Assembly: GCF_036321535.1 (NCBI RefSeq)
Contig: NC_087443.1
Location: 68,076,001-68,140,000 of the forward strand
DNA: 64,000 nt
Direction of reading: 5' to 3'
DNA from: Camelus dromedarius
Lineage: Eukaryota
A program made the position numbers and the translations under genes. The notes under the pieces are model-generated. The model was not told the DNA's origin. It made no database searches and saw only the letters and a program-made list of their open reading frames with translations. Positions 12,720-23,825 of this stretch are shown one piece after another. The first letter of the stretch is position 1. The number at the start of each line of letters is the position of its first letter.

Positions 12720-13125
12720 ACATGAAAGAAAGCAACCCAGATGTTCCTCAACTAAGGAACAAAGCAACAAACTGATCTGTCCACACAATGGAATACTACT
12801 CAGCAATGAAAAGAAACAAACCATGGACATGTGCAACCTTGGATGAATCCCAAAGGTATTATGCTCAGTGAAAGAAGCCAGGCTCTCAAGACTCCATACC
12901 ATATGACTTCACTCATGGGATATTTGGAAAAGGCAAAATCATAGAGACAGAAAACAGAGCAGGGCTTTGATTTTCAAAGGCAACCAAGGGAACTTTCTGG
13001 AATGATGGAAAGAGTCTCTATCTTGATGCTTATAATGACTACACAGTGGTATGAATTTATCAAAACTTGAAGACCTGTGCACTAAAAATAGTAAATTTTA
13101 TTTGTGTAAATTATAAAATAAACAA
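12720..13125 (+). mobile_element. L1MD/ME-like 3' fragment
   Basis: 'cacacaatggaatactactcagcaatgaaaag', 'attatgctcagtgaaagaagccag', 'ggaactttctggaatgatggaa'. Confidence 0.8.
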
Positions 13126-14099
13126 TGGGAGGGGAAGGACATGAAGAATGTATTTGGATGTTCAGGTGGGTGGACAGGCACTGAGAAGAGGCATCTGGCC
13201 AAGGAATAGGGGCTGTCACCATTCAGTGACACTCATGTGACCACAGGTCACCTGGGCTTCCTTGTCCTTTGGAGATCCAGCCTGCAAATCCCCCTTGAAG
13301 TGATGTCTGCACCTTCCCGTGAACCCTTCACCTCCAGCATCTGCACTCATGTGGTCTTTTCACCCCATATCCGCCTGCAATAGCCTCTTCACTGGTTTGC
13401 CCCAAATCCACTCACACCAGGTATCCAGGACTTGGCTGACTTAACAGAAGATGGGGAGGAACACCATGAGAAGGCCTGGGCCCCTTCCATCCAGCCGGCA
13501 TCTCTGTCTACCTCCGCTTCCATTTCTGCCCCATCCCCTCCACCTGGTTTGCCCCTGGGAGCTCCAAATTCTTTCCCCTTTGTCATGCAGAACAGTTGGG
13601 CTCTTCCCAGCTCCTCTCCAGAAAAGCTCTCCAGCTTATCCAGGAGCTCAGCAGAACCAGGGCCTTCTTTTCATTAAGAATCTCTTTGGTAGTAGAAATA
13701 GCAACTTTTTTTCCTATTACACCTGACAGTTGGGACCTAGACATCGGCCAGGATGAGCATGCCCTGTGCATTTTTGAACTCCCGTCTTCCCAAAAGCACG
13801 CAGAAGGGACCCAGGCCTGGCTCCGGCCTCCACTTGCTGCTGGGCTGCTTGGATGGACATGGAGCCATCTGTCCCTTCACTCAGCAGCCTCAACGACTGT
13901 CACTTCCAAATGCACTGAAGGAAAGGTCCCAACGTGGGCTCTGCGACACTTCGATTTTTCTCCCACCCTGAAGAGCCTGCCTTTAAAATTCATTACAGCA
14001 ATTTGCACTCGGTATTTCCTCTTGTCCATGCTTTTCTTTATGCTCGCATCACCCCCCACCCCCACTTCCTCCATTTGTCATCTCTGTCAGAAAACAGGC

Positions 14100-14790
14100 C
14101 CCGATTGTTTCAGGCCCAAGACTTCAGCCAGAGCCGCTCCAGCCAGGCCCCATTATGGGGCTAATTAACAGCCGGGCTGCAAGAATTCCAAGGTCCTCCC
14201 GGGGCAGGTCTGGCCCGCTCCCCAAAGAGCCTGCTCTCTCTGGCCCGCTCTCGGGGTGACACCACAGCACCCCAAGCCTGGGCCTTCTCCCCGCTCGGGC
14301 CCTTTCCCCTTGTCTCTCGGCGAGCGTGAAACAATTTCCTCTTTTCACAGGGGCTCCATGGCAGGCAGATTAATGAATGTGAGCCCGGCCCAGAGGCCAG
14401 CCTGCCAAAAACATCCGCAGTGCTTTCAGCAGTCCCCGCGGTGGGCTGCAGAGGGACAGTTGCGGGCAACAAAAGACACAGAGCTGCGCAGCCGAGTTCC
14501 CAGCAGCGGCTGCAGCTCTGATCCGACCCGGGGTTCCTCTGCGGAAACCATCTCCCACCTCCCGCTCCTCCTTTGCCCTCATCCAACCACCCTCCCATGC
14601 CCCCCTGCAAGCATCCCACCCCCAGCAGCCAGCTCGGAGGCTCCCTGACGCTTTGAGAAGTAAAGAACCAGCAACAGCCAGTGGCCCATGCCATAAACAC
14701 CTGGGGCTAGCGGGGGGCCCCCATTAAGGCTCAGGCGTGGGGCGGTGATGGCCGGGAGCTCTTGTTAGCAGCACGCCGCCGCCAGGCCTC
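14100..14790. promoter_or_regulatory. GC/CpG-enriched candidate enhancer
   Basis: Roughly 30 CpGs in about 690 bp by hand count, CTAATTA at 14161, and no repeat recognised. Confidence 0.4.
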
Positions 14791-15639
14791 TGTTGTCCCC
14801 ATGCTCAGTGATAAAGCCACAGGGCCAGGGCAGGACTAGTGGGGTGTCTGCAGGAGGCTCTTTCTTTTCTTCCCTTCAGAGTTCTTAACAAACCGGTGTG
14901 TAGGACTCACTCTTCAAAAGGGGAAACAGATGGTGCTAGTTTGGGCCTCAGGGATACTTGCCCTGGAAACACCCAGCAACGACAGGGTGAAAAAATTCTC
15001 AGCAGCTGGGGTCCCGCGATGCCCAGCCAGGTGTCCGGGAGCCAGTTATTCCCTTAAGGGGAGCTGCCAGCTCTGGGCGTTCCCTGGAGGGCTTTGCAGT
15101 CATGAGTGTGGTACCAGCAGCAGACCTTGCTCCAGTGAGCCACCTGCTCCCTATTTATGGGATGACCTCCTCTCCACTAAGGTTGGTTCCTGTGCCAAGT
15201 TCTCATGCATCCACCTTTCACTGGCAGAGTTCCCAGCTTGTTGGGTTGGGTGTTCTGTATAGGCACCAGTGTCTGAGTTGTCCAGCTTCGATGGTCAGCT
15301 CCAGGGGAACAGACAGCTAAGTCCCACCCCAGCGTGGAACCATGGCGAGGTATTTACAAAAGGAAGTGGGATAGATTTACTTCCAGAAACATTTTGATCA
15401 TGCAATCATATATGTACATTTATACCCACATGCACCCCAACATACACACATACCTCCCAGATATTTCCATTATATCTTTGCTGTATTGATGGTTCTTAGC
15501 TAACATGTATTTTGACCTTTTAGAACCGTGTAACTATTTCAAGTAGGAAAACAGCCAGGCTCCCTCCCAATCAGATTATCTTATGCAATGCTTTTAATTT
15601 TAAATTCTTCTTCTTAGTATTACCATACCTATTCTATTT

Positions 15640-15960
15640 TTATTAACAGTTGCTTAGCTTATCTTTTATCATTTCTTTCACTTTTAACCTCTCAGTGTCA
15701 TTTTGTTTCCAGGTTGAATTGTGGATAGCATCAAATTAGATTTTTAAAATCTGAAAGTCTTGGACTTCCCATAAAATAATTTTGTCCACTCACATTTATT
15801 GTGATCATGGATATGTTTAGATTTTTTTTCGTATTTTCTACTGGCTGTAAATTCTTGATGTTTGTCATTTTCTTTTTTATGTTTTAAAATATCATTTTTG
15901 AGTTTTGGATCAACTTATTTTTTCTCTCTATAGTCTGGAAATTATGTATATTATTTCTTA
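15640..15960 (-). mobile_element. Old L1 ORF2 5'-region fragment (L1M5-like)
   Basis: 'ggatagcatcaaattagatttttaaaatctgaaagtc...ccactcacatttattgtgatcatggatatgtttag' resembles the antisense L1 endonuclease region. Confidence 0.6.
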
Positions 15961-15969
15961 TCTTCTGGG

Positions 15970-16135
15970 AGTAGGAATGACAGTAGACTGGGAGGTAGGA
16001 GACAGGGCTCTAGTCTTAGCCTGGTCAAGAGCTTATTATGTGACTTGGAAAAGTTACTTCTTTTTGGGCTTCAGATGCCTCTACCATAATGAGATTGTTG
16101 GATGAAATGATTTTAAAGGCCTTATCCCTCCAACG
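15970..16135 (+). mobile_element. MIR3/MIRc SINE
   Basis: 'tgtgacttggaaaagttac...ttggatgaaatgattttaaaggccttatccctcc'. Confidence 0.6.
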
Positions 16136-16374
16136 TCAACATGGTGTGATTCAGCGGTTAATTGAGATCTAGAGGAAGCTCTGGCCTGTCTGGGGAACGT
16201 GTACCTTCAGAACAGGAGGGAACATCTACACCACCAAGCTCAGTGAGGCATCTGGCTATTGGGTGAACTCAAACTTGAACCTTGTTGGCATAGCTCATCT
16301 TTTCAGGCAAAAGTCAGGCTCAGCTCTTCCCTCTTCTCGGATGATCATGAGTGGAATGTTTCTAACTGAGCAGT

Positions 16375-16790
16375 GCCTATGTAAAAATTCTCACTCTTCA
16401 GCATATTTAATTGTATGATAGAAATATTTATTGCTCACCAACTATGATGCGCTCCCAAGTACTTCCTTGCAGTTAGGTGGGTCATGTGACTAAGCCTCAC
16501 CAATGGAGTAGGAGACAGTGATTTCACATTGTGAAAAATGTTTTACTTTTGGGCCAAAGGATTTAAGAGCTAATACCTGATCTCTTAGCATTCTCTTCTC
16601 CTGCTGCAGTGACCAAAGACATGTATAAATGGTGCAGCCCCTCAGCCTGGGTTCCTGAGTGACCATGTGGACCACGGATCTCCACTGACCTCCTTTGGAC
16701 ATGGAACATTAGCAAGAAAAAAATTTATGGTAAGCCACTGGGATTTTTTTTTTTTAAACCAAAAGTAACTTAGCACATTGTAACTAATAC
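16375..16790 (+). mobile_element. MaLR solo LTR (MLT1I/J-like)
   Basis: 'cttgcagttaggtgggtcatgtgactaag', 'cagcctgggttcctgagtgaccatgtgga'; ends 'gtaactaataca'. Confidence 0.7.
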
Positions 16791-17049
16791 AAATATGCTG
16801 AGGCCATTATTAAGCATGTGTACTTTCTGTCTTCTCAACTTGGATATGAAGGGTTTGAGGACAGAAGATGGTTAAACTATGTAACTCATTCCTCTTACCC
16901 TGGCACTGGCAGTTTGAGTTGCCAGAACTCAGTCACAAATCTGTAAAGAAGTCTCTTACCTCAGAAATGTTCAGAGCATTAACCCTGAGGCACTTCTCCT
17001 CTGGTCTCTCCTGTTTACAGCATTTTCACTCGCCTTCTTTTGCATATGG

Positions 17050-17565
17050 GGTCAAGTTTACAGCCCTTGACGTGGTCACCAGGTCCTGCCTGGCCTGGCT
17101 CCGCCTCCCACTCCAGATCATTTATCACTTCTGTCCCCCATGCTCGCTGTGTTCCACCACCTTTGTCCCCTCTTGGTTTCTCACACATGTCAGGCTCGTT
17201 CCTGCCTCAGGACATTTGCAAAAGCTGTTCCCTGTGCCTACAATGCTGGAGCCACCACTTCTCACCTGGATAACTCCTAACCATCTTTCAGGTTTTAGCT
17301 TTCTTAGAGGATTTTTATAATGACCTCCACCAGGCTAGTTATATGCTCTACAACATTCTATACTCTATGCCATCTCATGGCATATCTCAATTGTCATGAA
17401 ATCATGATTTGTGCAATCATTTGTGTAACATCTGTCCACTCCTTGGACTCTAAACTCTCAAGGTGCAGAGATGATGTTCCTCCAGTGCCTTGGACAATTT
17501 TTGGCACACAGAGGGCACAGAGGCATGAAGGATGAGTAATGATGATGAGTGAATGAATGGTTAGC
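17050..17565 (+). mobile_element. L2a 3' fragment
   Basis: 'cctgcctcaggacatttgcaaaagctgttccctgtgcct' and terminal 'gagtgaatgaatgg'. Confidence 0.8.
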
Positions 17566-17574
17566 CCTCAGGAT

Positions 17575-18040
17575 CTGGAGCAATTATCCCCAGACTCTGT
17601 TGTACATCAGAATCACCCAATGGGCATTTAAAAATACATTTATTTTTGAATTGTGGTAGAATTATATATCACCTAAAACTTGCCATATTACCTGTATTTA
17701 AGTGTACAGTTCAGTGGCATTAAGTACTTCCACATTGTTGCACAAACATCACCATCATCCATCCACAGAACATTTTCCGTCTTGCAGAACTGAAACTCTA
17801 TACCCCTTAAAACAGTTAAGTCCCCATTTCCCTCTCCTCCAGCTCCTGGCAACCACCATTCTACTTTCTGTCTCTATGAATTTACCTGCCCTTAGACGGC
17901 TTTTTAAAACAAAAGTTTCTAGGCCTAACTCCCCAAAGTTGATCTGGGCCGTGGCCTGAGAATCTGCATTTCCACCAAATTCTCAGGTGATGCTCACTCT
18001 GCAGGCCTATAGACCTCACTTTGGGAGCATAGCTCTGGAG
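17575..18040 (+). mobile_element. MER5A (hAT-Charlie) split by an L1 insertion
   Basis: 5' part 'gtacatcagaatcaccc' before 17640; 3' part 'gagaatctgcatttccaccaaattctcaggtgatgct' after 17895. Confidence 0.75.
17640..17895 (-). mobile_element. L1MB-like 3' end inserted into MER5A
   Basis: 'aagtgtacagttcagtggcattaagtac...ggcaaccaccattctactttctgtctctatgaattt'. Confidence 0.85.
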
Positions 18041-18204
18041 GACCTCTGAGTTGATACCTCCTCCTCAGTTTTGTCACATCTCCTGCAGCCCCTGTACACA
18101 TTAGGAGTTCAGAAAATGCTGGTGACGTGTGGGTTGATTACACTCAACTGCCCATGAAAGGAGTGCATCCCTTTGATTAAGATAGAAGATCTCAGCCCTG
18201 TTCA

Positions 18205-18362
18205 TTGTATTCATTGGGGGAGATTTTTTTCAAAATCACAAATGCCTAGGCTCCACTGTAGACAAATAGATGAGAATTTCAGAGAGTGGGGCCCAGGCAT
18301 CAGTATTGGTTGATACTTCCCAGGTGATTCTATCATCAAGCCAGAGTTGAGAATCACTAGGT
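18205..18362 (+). mobile_element. MER5A (hAT-Charlie)
   Basis: 'gtggggcccaggcatcagtatt...cttcccaggtgattct...gttgagaatcactag'. Confidence 0.7.
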
Positions 18363-18914
18363 TAAGGAAAGGAGTGGAGGGAAGGAGATCAGAAGAGGCA
18401 TTTGGAATTCAGAAAGACAGATGCCTCCGAGGACAGCACCACTTGATTTGTGTAGAAACCCCTTTGTGATCTCAGCATGGAAATGATTCTTTGCCCAGCC
18501 CCCTAGAGGAGGAAAGACACACTGTCTGCATTTAAAACCCAGTTCTCTGGGGACCAGTAATGCTGTTCTCATAGATCTGGAATAAGGGGAAGAGATTTCG
18601 ATGCAGGAGCTGACCTCTTCCTAACCAGCTTCCCCTCGAGCTATTATTTCTGGACATCACCTCATATTTTCATGAATGTACAAAATTATCTCCAGGTGTA
18701 TACTGCAGCTTTCTAACTCTGTGCAAATTCACAGCCATCGTCTTGGAATTTTCTCAGCAATTTTGGAATAAGTGGGTTTTTATTTATCTGTTGATTTAAA
18801 GCAGGGAAACCCTTGGTTAACACACAGCCCACCTAGCTAGACCTGGGTAAGGCTCCATTCTGCAAAGGACTCTGCTTGCCAAGTTTTCCTACTCTGGATA
18901 CACAACCCTGGAAG

Positions 18915-19175
18915 ATTGGTGTGGTCCACAGACTGGTGTCAGCTATGAACTAGTACCATTCTGCAATGAGATGGATATAGAATTTGAGACAAACTATTTG
19001 GAAATATCTCTGGCAACCCGACCATATGCAGTGTTCCAGTGTGTGATCAGCAGACTTTTCTTGGTGAACAGGGTAGTGACCAGTTCAGGTAGTGTTGGCC
19101 TGGTGGCGTATTGCCCGTGGTTGAGCTGTGGACAAGTGCTACATGGTAGGGCCACAAGTCAGTCTGCGATTAACT
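18915..19175. mobile_element. hAT-Charlie non-autonomous element (MER119-like)
   Basis: 'gtgtggtccacagactggtgtcag', 'gtgtgatcagcagacttttcttggtgaacagggtagtgaccagttc' resemble a recalled Charlie-family consensus. Confidence 0.5.
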
Positions 19176-19214
19176 TCACCAATCTTTCCCATTTGTATGT
19201 CTTCACAGGAGTGC

Positions 19215-19435
19215 ATGGTCTTTTGTTGTGAAAGTCTCTGGCATTTCTTTGGTGACTACTGAAGTTGAGTTGCTTGGCTTGTGTTTATTGGCCTTTGGTT
19301 CATCCTTTTTGTGGTGCATCTTTTTTTTTTTAAAGTGGCTGTTCAAATGTTTTGCCCATTTTTCCACTGGGTTTTCAGTCTTTTGCTTAATGAAGAGTAG
19401 GAGTTTAATACTCTCTTTTGTTGGATATATGTTGA
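19215..19435 (-). mobile_element. L1 ORF2 fragment
   Basis: 'gcatttctttggtgactactgaagttgag...gtggctgttcaaatgttttgcccattttt'. Confidence 0.75.
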
Positions 19436-19519
19436 TGGGAGAAAATGTTTAAATGCCCTTCATCCCAATAGCTTGAGAAGCAACACCATGAAGACTGACC
19501 CTGTGGTCCTATCCATGAC

Positions 19520-19960
19520 AATACATTGCAGAGTTCTTTCTAAAGATCAGAGAGAGAGAAGTTAGGAATTTTCACTTGATATCCTCAGCCAGGACTATTA
19601 AAGTTGCAAGAATAAGATGCCCAAATCAAGCTAGTTCAAACAAGAAAAGAAATGTATCAGCTGACTCGACCTGGTTCAAGGGCACATTTTCCTCTCCACC
19701 TCTTGTTCTGTGTTCTCCATGTTGGCTTTATTTTCTGGCAAAATCTCTCTTTATGTTGGAGAGAATGGCTCTCCCAAACCCCAGACTTAAAGATTCTTGT
19801 CTCAGCTTGAGAGATACCCTCTGTCTCCCAGTGTTTATATAAATTCCCCCGAAGGACTCTGATGGGTCATGATTGGGTTATAAGCCTATCAAGGGACCAG
19901 GCTGAGTTTTAGGCTATGCCAGAGCAGGGGACATAGAACCCTGAACCTCATATCCCTACC
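19520..19960 (-). mobile_element. Old MaLR LTR (MLT1K/L-like)
   Basis: 'gttgcaagaataagatgcccaaatcaagctagttcaaacaagaaaag', 'gatgggtcatgattgggttataagcctatc'. Confidence 0.55.
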
Positions 19961-20244
19961 AGAAAAATGCACGGATTTAAGGAAGGTCAGCAGTGAAAAG
20001 GAAGGGATGCAGAGTGAACCCACAAACAATAGGTGTCCATTACTTCAACTAGGAAGGCAAAGGGTGGACAGCTTTAGGCTTAGTGGTGTGTGTGTATGTG
20101 GTGGCAGAGGAAAAGGGAGGTATAAAGTGATCGATGCTGTGCTGGAGAAAGACATATCTGGCATTACTGAGTGGTAGGGAGCAGCAAGCGACTAGTGGCA
20201 AGGAGAAGTATTAGGTGAATATCCTTTTAGATATATGGTTCTCT

Positions 20245-20385
20245 CTTCATGGTTATCTAATTCATTTATTCATCCACTTATTCATGCAACAAATATCTGT
20301 TGAGTACGAATCCTTTTGCCAAATTTTCCTGCATGAGACAGATGTAGTTCCTGACTTCATAGAGCTAATAGTTTAGTTATTAAAT
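20245..20385 (-). mobile_element. L2 3' end
   Basis: 'ttcatttattcatccacttattcatgcaacaaatatctgttgagtac...cctgacttcatagagct'. Confidence 0.6.
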
Positions 20386-21114
20386 TCCTCAAAAGTATTA
20401 TTTTCTAAAAAAGATAATGTAGCCTTATTCCTATGACAGGATACTGAGCAAAACCAGTGAGCTTGGCCATGCTAAGAATTCAGAGATCAGTAGCTTTTAT
20501 CATGAATAATATCTTCCAACAGAGACCAAGGATGAGATAATCCCTGCTAATAGGTATGGAATTTATCTCTGAGCTTCCTGGCAGCTAAGGCAAAAAGGAA
20601 AATCTGTTTAATGACCTCACTCTCATTGATGCCAATTCATTGTGGAAGGACAAGCCTTTTCTTGGGTCCAAGTACTTGGAGGAATTTTTTTAAAATGGGT
20701 TCATATAAAAAATATATTGAGTAACATCATAAAATCATATCTTCTATCCTGACAAAATGCCCACGGGGCTCACGTAAGTATTTCAGACAGCGGCATTTTG
20801 TGCCTGCCCTGCCCCAGTTTCTCCCCATATCATCTTCAAACAACATGGAATCAGAATGACATCACATTCCTGAGCAGGAAATGCTAAACGCATTCCTTCA
20901 AATAGAGGTTTGGTTTTTCCTTCTATTGTTTCTAGATCCTATTCTGGTTACCTATGGCTCCACTTGCTTATCTGCATGACCCTGAATTCTGTATTTACTC
21001 CCCTCATCTTCCTTCCCACCAAATTTCAGTTACTTAAGGCAGGTCCTAGGCCTTTAAAAATTCTGTGTTTCTAGTAGCTATCACTGTATCTGACTAAGAG
21101 GGTGAGTGTGGTGG

Positions 21115-21215
21115 AAATGAGAGGAAGAAAGGAAGGAAGGAAAGAAAGAATAAGCAAGCGGGGAAAAGGAAGGGAGAGGAGGAAGGTGTCTCTCCAAGGA
21201 GGGGAAGGAAGGGAA
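21115..21215. repeat. GA-rich low-complexity purine tract
   Basis: 'gaggaagaaaggaaggaaggaaagaaagaa...ggggaaggaaggg', read directly. Confidence 0.8.
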
Positions 21216-22229
21216 ACCTATCAGAATGGTCCCAAGTCTGGGCTGAAAGAGGCCAATTTGGTCTAATCAAGGGATCTTGTGGGAAGGCTATTCAGGGATA
21301 AGCCAATGGGAAGAATAAATTAAAGATTGCTTCATTTTCAGAAGACTTTAAGAACTTAGCATGTTCTAAAAAAAAAAAAAATCTCAATGCTCAATGGAGA
21401 TTTCCATGAATCAATTATGATGAAGAGATGAGAAAGTCCTGTTTTTACCCATAACATTTTTCTATTGCTCCCCAAGAGTCGTGGTCGTCCCAGGGGGTTG
21501 CTGCTCAGGAACAGGGAGGGCCAGACCCATGGGCGTGGCTGTCTCGGTCTTGTCACTGGGCTTGGACCGTGTGCTTTAGGGTAGGGGCGGTGAGCACCAT
21601 GGCTTCACAGTCAACCAGAGCCACTGTTAAGTCCTAGGCATGCTTTCATTTTGATGGTCTCACCTTCCATCCTGTCAAAGAACCCACGTTACAGCAAAAT
21701 ATACTTTTTGCTGTAAAAAACTTCAAAGGATTTTTATGAGTTTGCTTTTGAAACGATGTGGCTCCAAGTAACTCATTTATGTTGTAATCAGTCATGGTTT
21801 CTCAGGTTTCACAGCTAATTGTGCACGGCAAAGCAAGAAAACCTAACCTCAAATTGCATTCAAATGCCATAAAACTTTAACGCATACTAGTAATGACATT
21901 CGTATATATTAATTAAGCACTTGCTTGCTTTTGGTTTGCACTTCGTATTTAGTATTTTGGAACTGAAGCTCTTCAGATCTCATGCATCTTTGGGAGCCCT
22001 TGCAAAGAATACGGGCTCCCGGCACAGTGCCTAGAGGGTTCCACGACCTCGCATACGAAGGGCTGGACAAACCTCTCTTCAGATGTCAGAGATCTGATGT
22101 GGGCAGAAGGGCACAGACATTCCACTTTGAATTCAGGTCTCACTAATGCCTTCCTATAAGTTCAGGGCCTCTTTAAGCAGGCGTGGTAAGTTTTTTAGCC
22201 ACTGTCTTGTTATTAAAGATTTCTGGTGT

Positions 22230-22425
22230 GGGGACACCAGGCTTAACATTGTAGCCCAGAGTTCACATCCCGGCTGTGCTCCATGTAACTGTGGCATCAA
22301 AGAGTCATTCTAACTCTCAAGGACTTAGTTTCCTCATCTGTGGAATGGGGCCAAAGCTATCAGTCCAGCACCATTCCTGGGGTCGAGTTTCAAATGAGAT
22401 AATCTACAAAAACATTTTCTCTTGA
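22230..22425 (+). mobile_element. MIRb SINE
   Basis: 'cttagtttcctcatctgtggaatgggg...aaatgagataatctac'. Confidence 0.7.
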
Positions 22426-22449
22426 AAAACACCAGATACTAAGAGCTTT

Positions 22450-22630
22450 GGACAGTCGTTCTCAGCCCTGCCTCCACTTTAGAATCACCCAGGGGCTTTT
22501 AACAAGTACTGGAGCCCGGGCCCCACTGGAGACCAGTTAAACCAGAATCGCAGGGCAATGAGAGCAACAGTAGTTTTATAAAGGCAGCCGTTTCTGGTGC
22601 TTCTGGTGTGCAGGTGATGTTGAGGACAGA
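22450..22630 (+). mobile_element. MER5A (hAT-Charlie)
   Basis: 'cagtcgttctcagccctg...ttagaatcacccaggggcttttaacaagtactggagcccgggcccca'. Confidence 0.8.
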
Positions 22631-22814
22631 GGTGCCCAGAGAGGACAGCTGTGTCCACAGCTGTGCCCATGGCTGGGAGTGGCGACAGGTCAGTGGCAGC
22701 TTCCAGGTTCCAGCGGCGGCAGCAGCCATGCCCTCACCAGACGCATCCAGCTGCATGATTTTGGCTTGCTCTGGCTGCCAGCCTCTTGGCAGTTGGTTCT
22801 TTGAACTTGGCAAA

Positions 22815-22960
22815 GACTCTTAGGGCTCAAAATACACGTGCTTTCCTGGCACACAGCAAGGCTTTGCTTCCCAGACTTGCAGTTATATGGGGCCACGTGG
22901 GTGAGTTTGGGCCAATGGATGTGAGCAGAAGAGACAAGCAAAGCTTTCTCTGGGCCTTAC
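22815..22960 (+). mobile_element. MLT1 LTR fragment
   Basis: 'cttgcagttatatggggccacgtgggtgagtttgggccaatggatgtgagcagaag'. Confidence 0.5.
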
Positions 22961-22964
22961 CTGA

Positions 22965-23410
22965 TGCATCGGCTTCCCAGGGTTGCTGTAACAAATGACC
23001 GGAAATGGGTGGCAGAAGCAATAGAAATGTATTTTCTCACAGTTCTCGAGGCCAGAAGTCTGAAATCAAGGTGTCGGCAGCATTGGTCCCTTCTCGAGGC
23101 TCTGGGGGAGAACCTGTTCCATGCCTCTTTTCTGGCTTCTGGTGGCTCCAGTAATCCTTGGCCTTTTTGGCTTGTACAAGCATCATTCCTACCTCTACCT
23201 CCTTCTTTATGTGGCTTTTCCGCTGTGTCCCTGGGTCTTAACGCCTCCTCTCTTCTCTTGTAAGGACACTAATCATCAGATTTAGTGCCCACCCTAAATC
23301 CAGGATGATTTCATCCAAAGACTCTTAACCTAATCACATCTGCGAGACCTTTGCAAATAAGGTCACACTCACAAGTGCCAGGGCTAAGGACTTGGAAATA
23401 TCTTTGGTAC
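22965..23410 (-). mobile_element. MaLR solo LTR (MLT1C-like)
   Basis: 'gttgctgtaacaaat', 'cacagttctcgaggccagaagtctgaaatcaaggtgtcggcag', 'caaataaggtcacactcac'. Confidence 0.85.
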
Positions 23411-23539
23411 CTGCTTAACTTAATTTGACCACCCACCGGCATATATATGTGTTATTTCACTTGGCTCTCAAAACCACCAGCGGGATGGTAGTGGCTGTCA
23501 CCATTTTTCCACCCAAGAAAATCAAGAATGAAATAGTTT

Positions 23540-23825
23540 GCCCTGCAGACTCTAAGTCAACAATCTGAGTGCAAGTTTACCTGGGCGGTGATTCCAGAAA
23601 GAACTGGGAAGGGACTGGTGGGGCGAGACAGGGAGGGGAAGGAATTTAGTACAAGATGTGCTAATGGGCAGATGACTTCTGTAGGCACTTGGGGTTCAGT
23701 GTGACTGGGGAACATCTGGGAGGCGGTGTAGAGCCCAGAAGAATGAAGAGCTCAGAAGAACCTCAGAAGGATGAAGAAGCTGTGCTATTTATTCACCAAA
23801 TCCTGTCTGACATCTGTCTAGGGCT
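23540..23825 (-). mobile_element. ERVL-type LTR (LTR33/LTR41-like)
   Basis: 'gagtgcaagtttacctgggcggtgattccag...gagacagggaggggaagga' resembles an antisense ERVL LTR. Confidence 0.55.

Noticed and set aside
13596-14168. 190-aa plus-strand ORF
   Set aside because: Random-looking composition, no domain, no splice or polyadenylation support.
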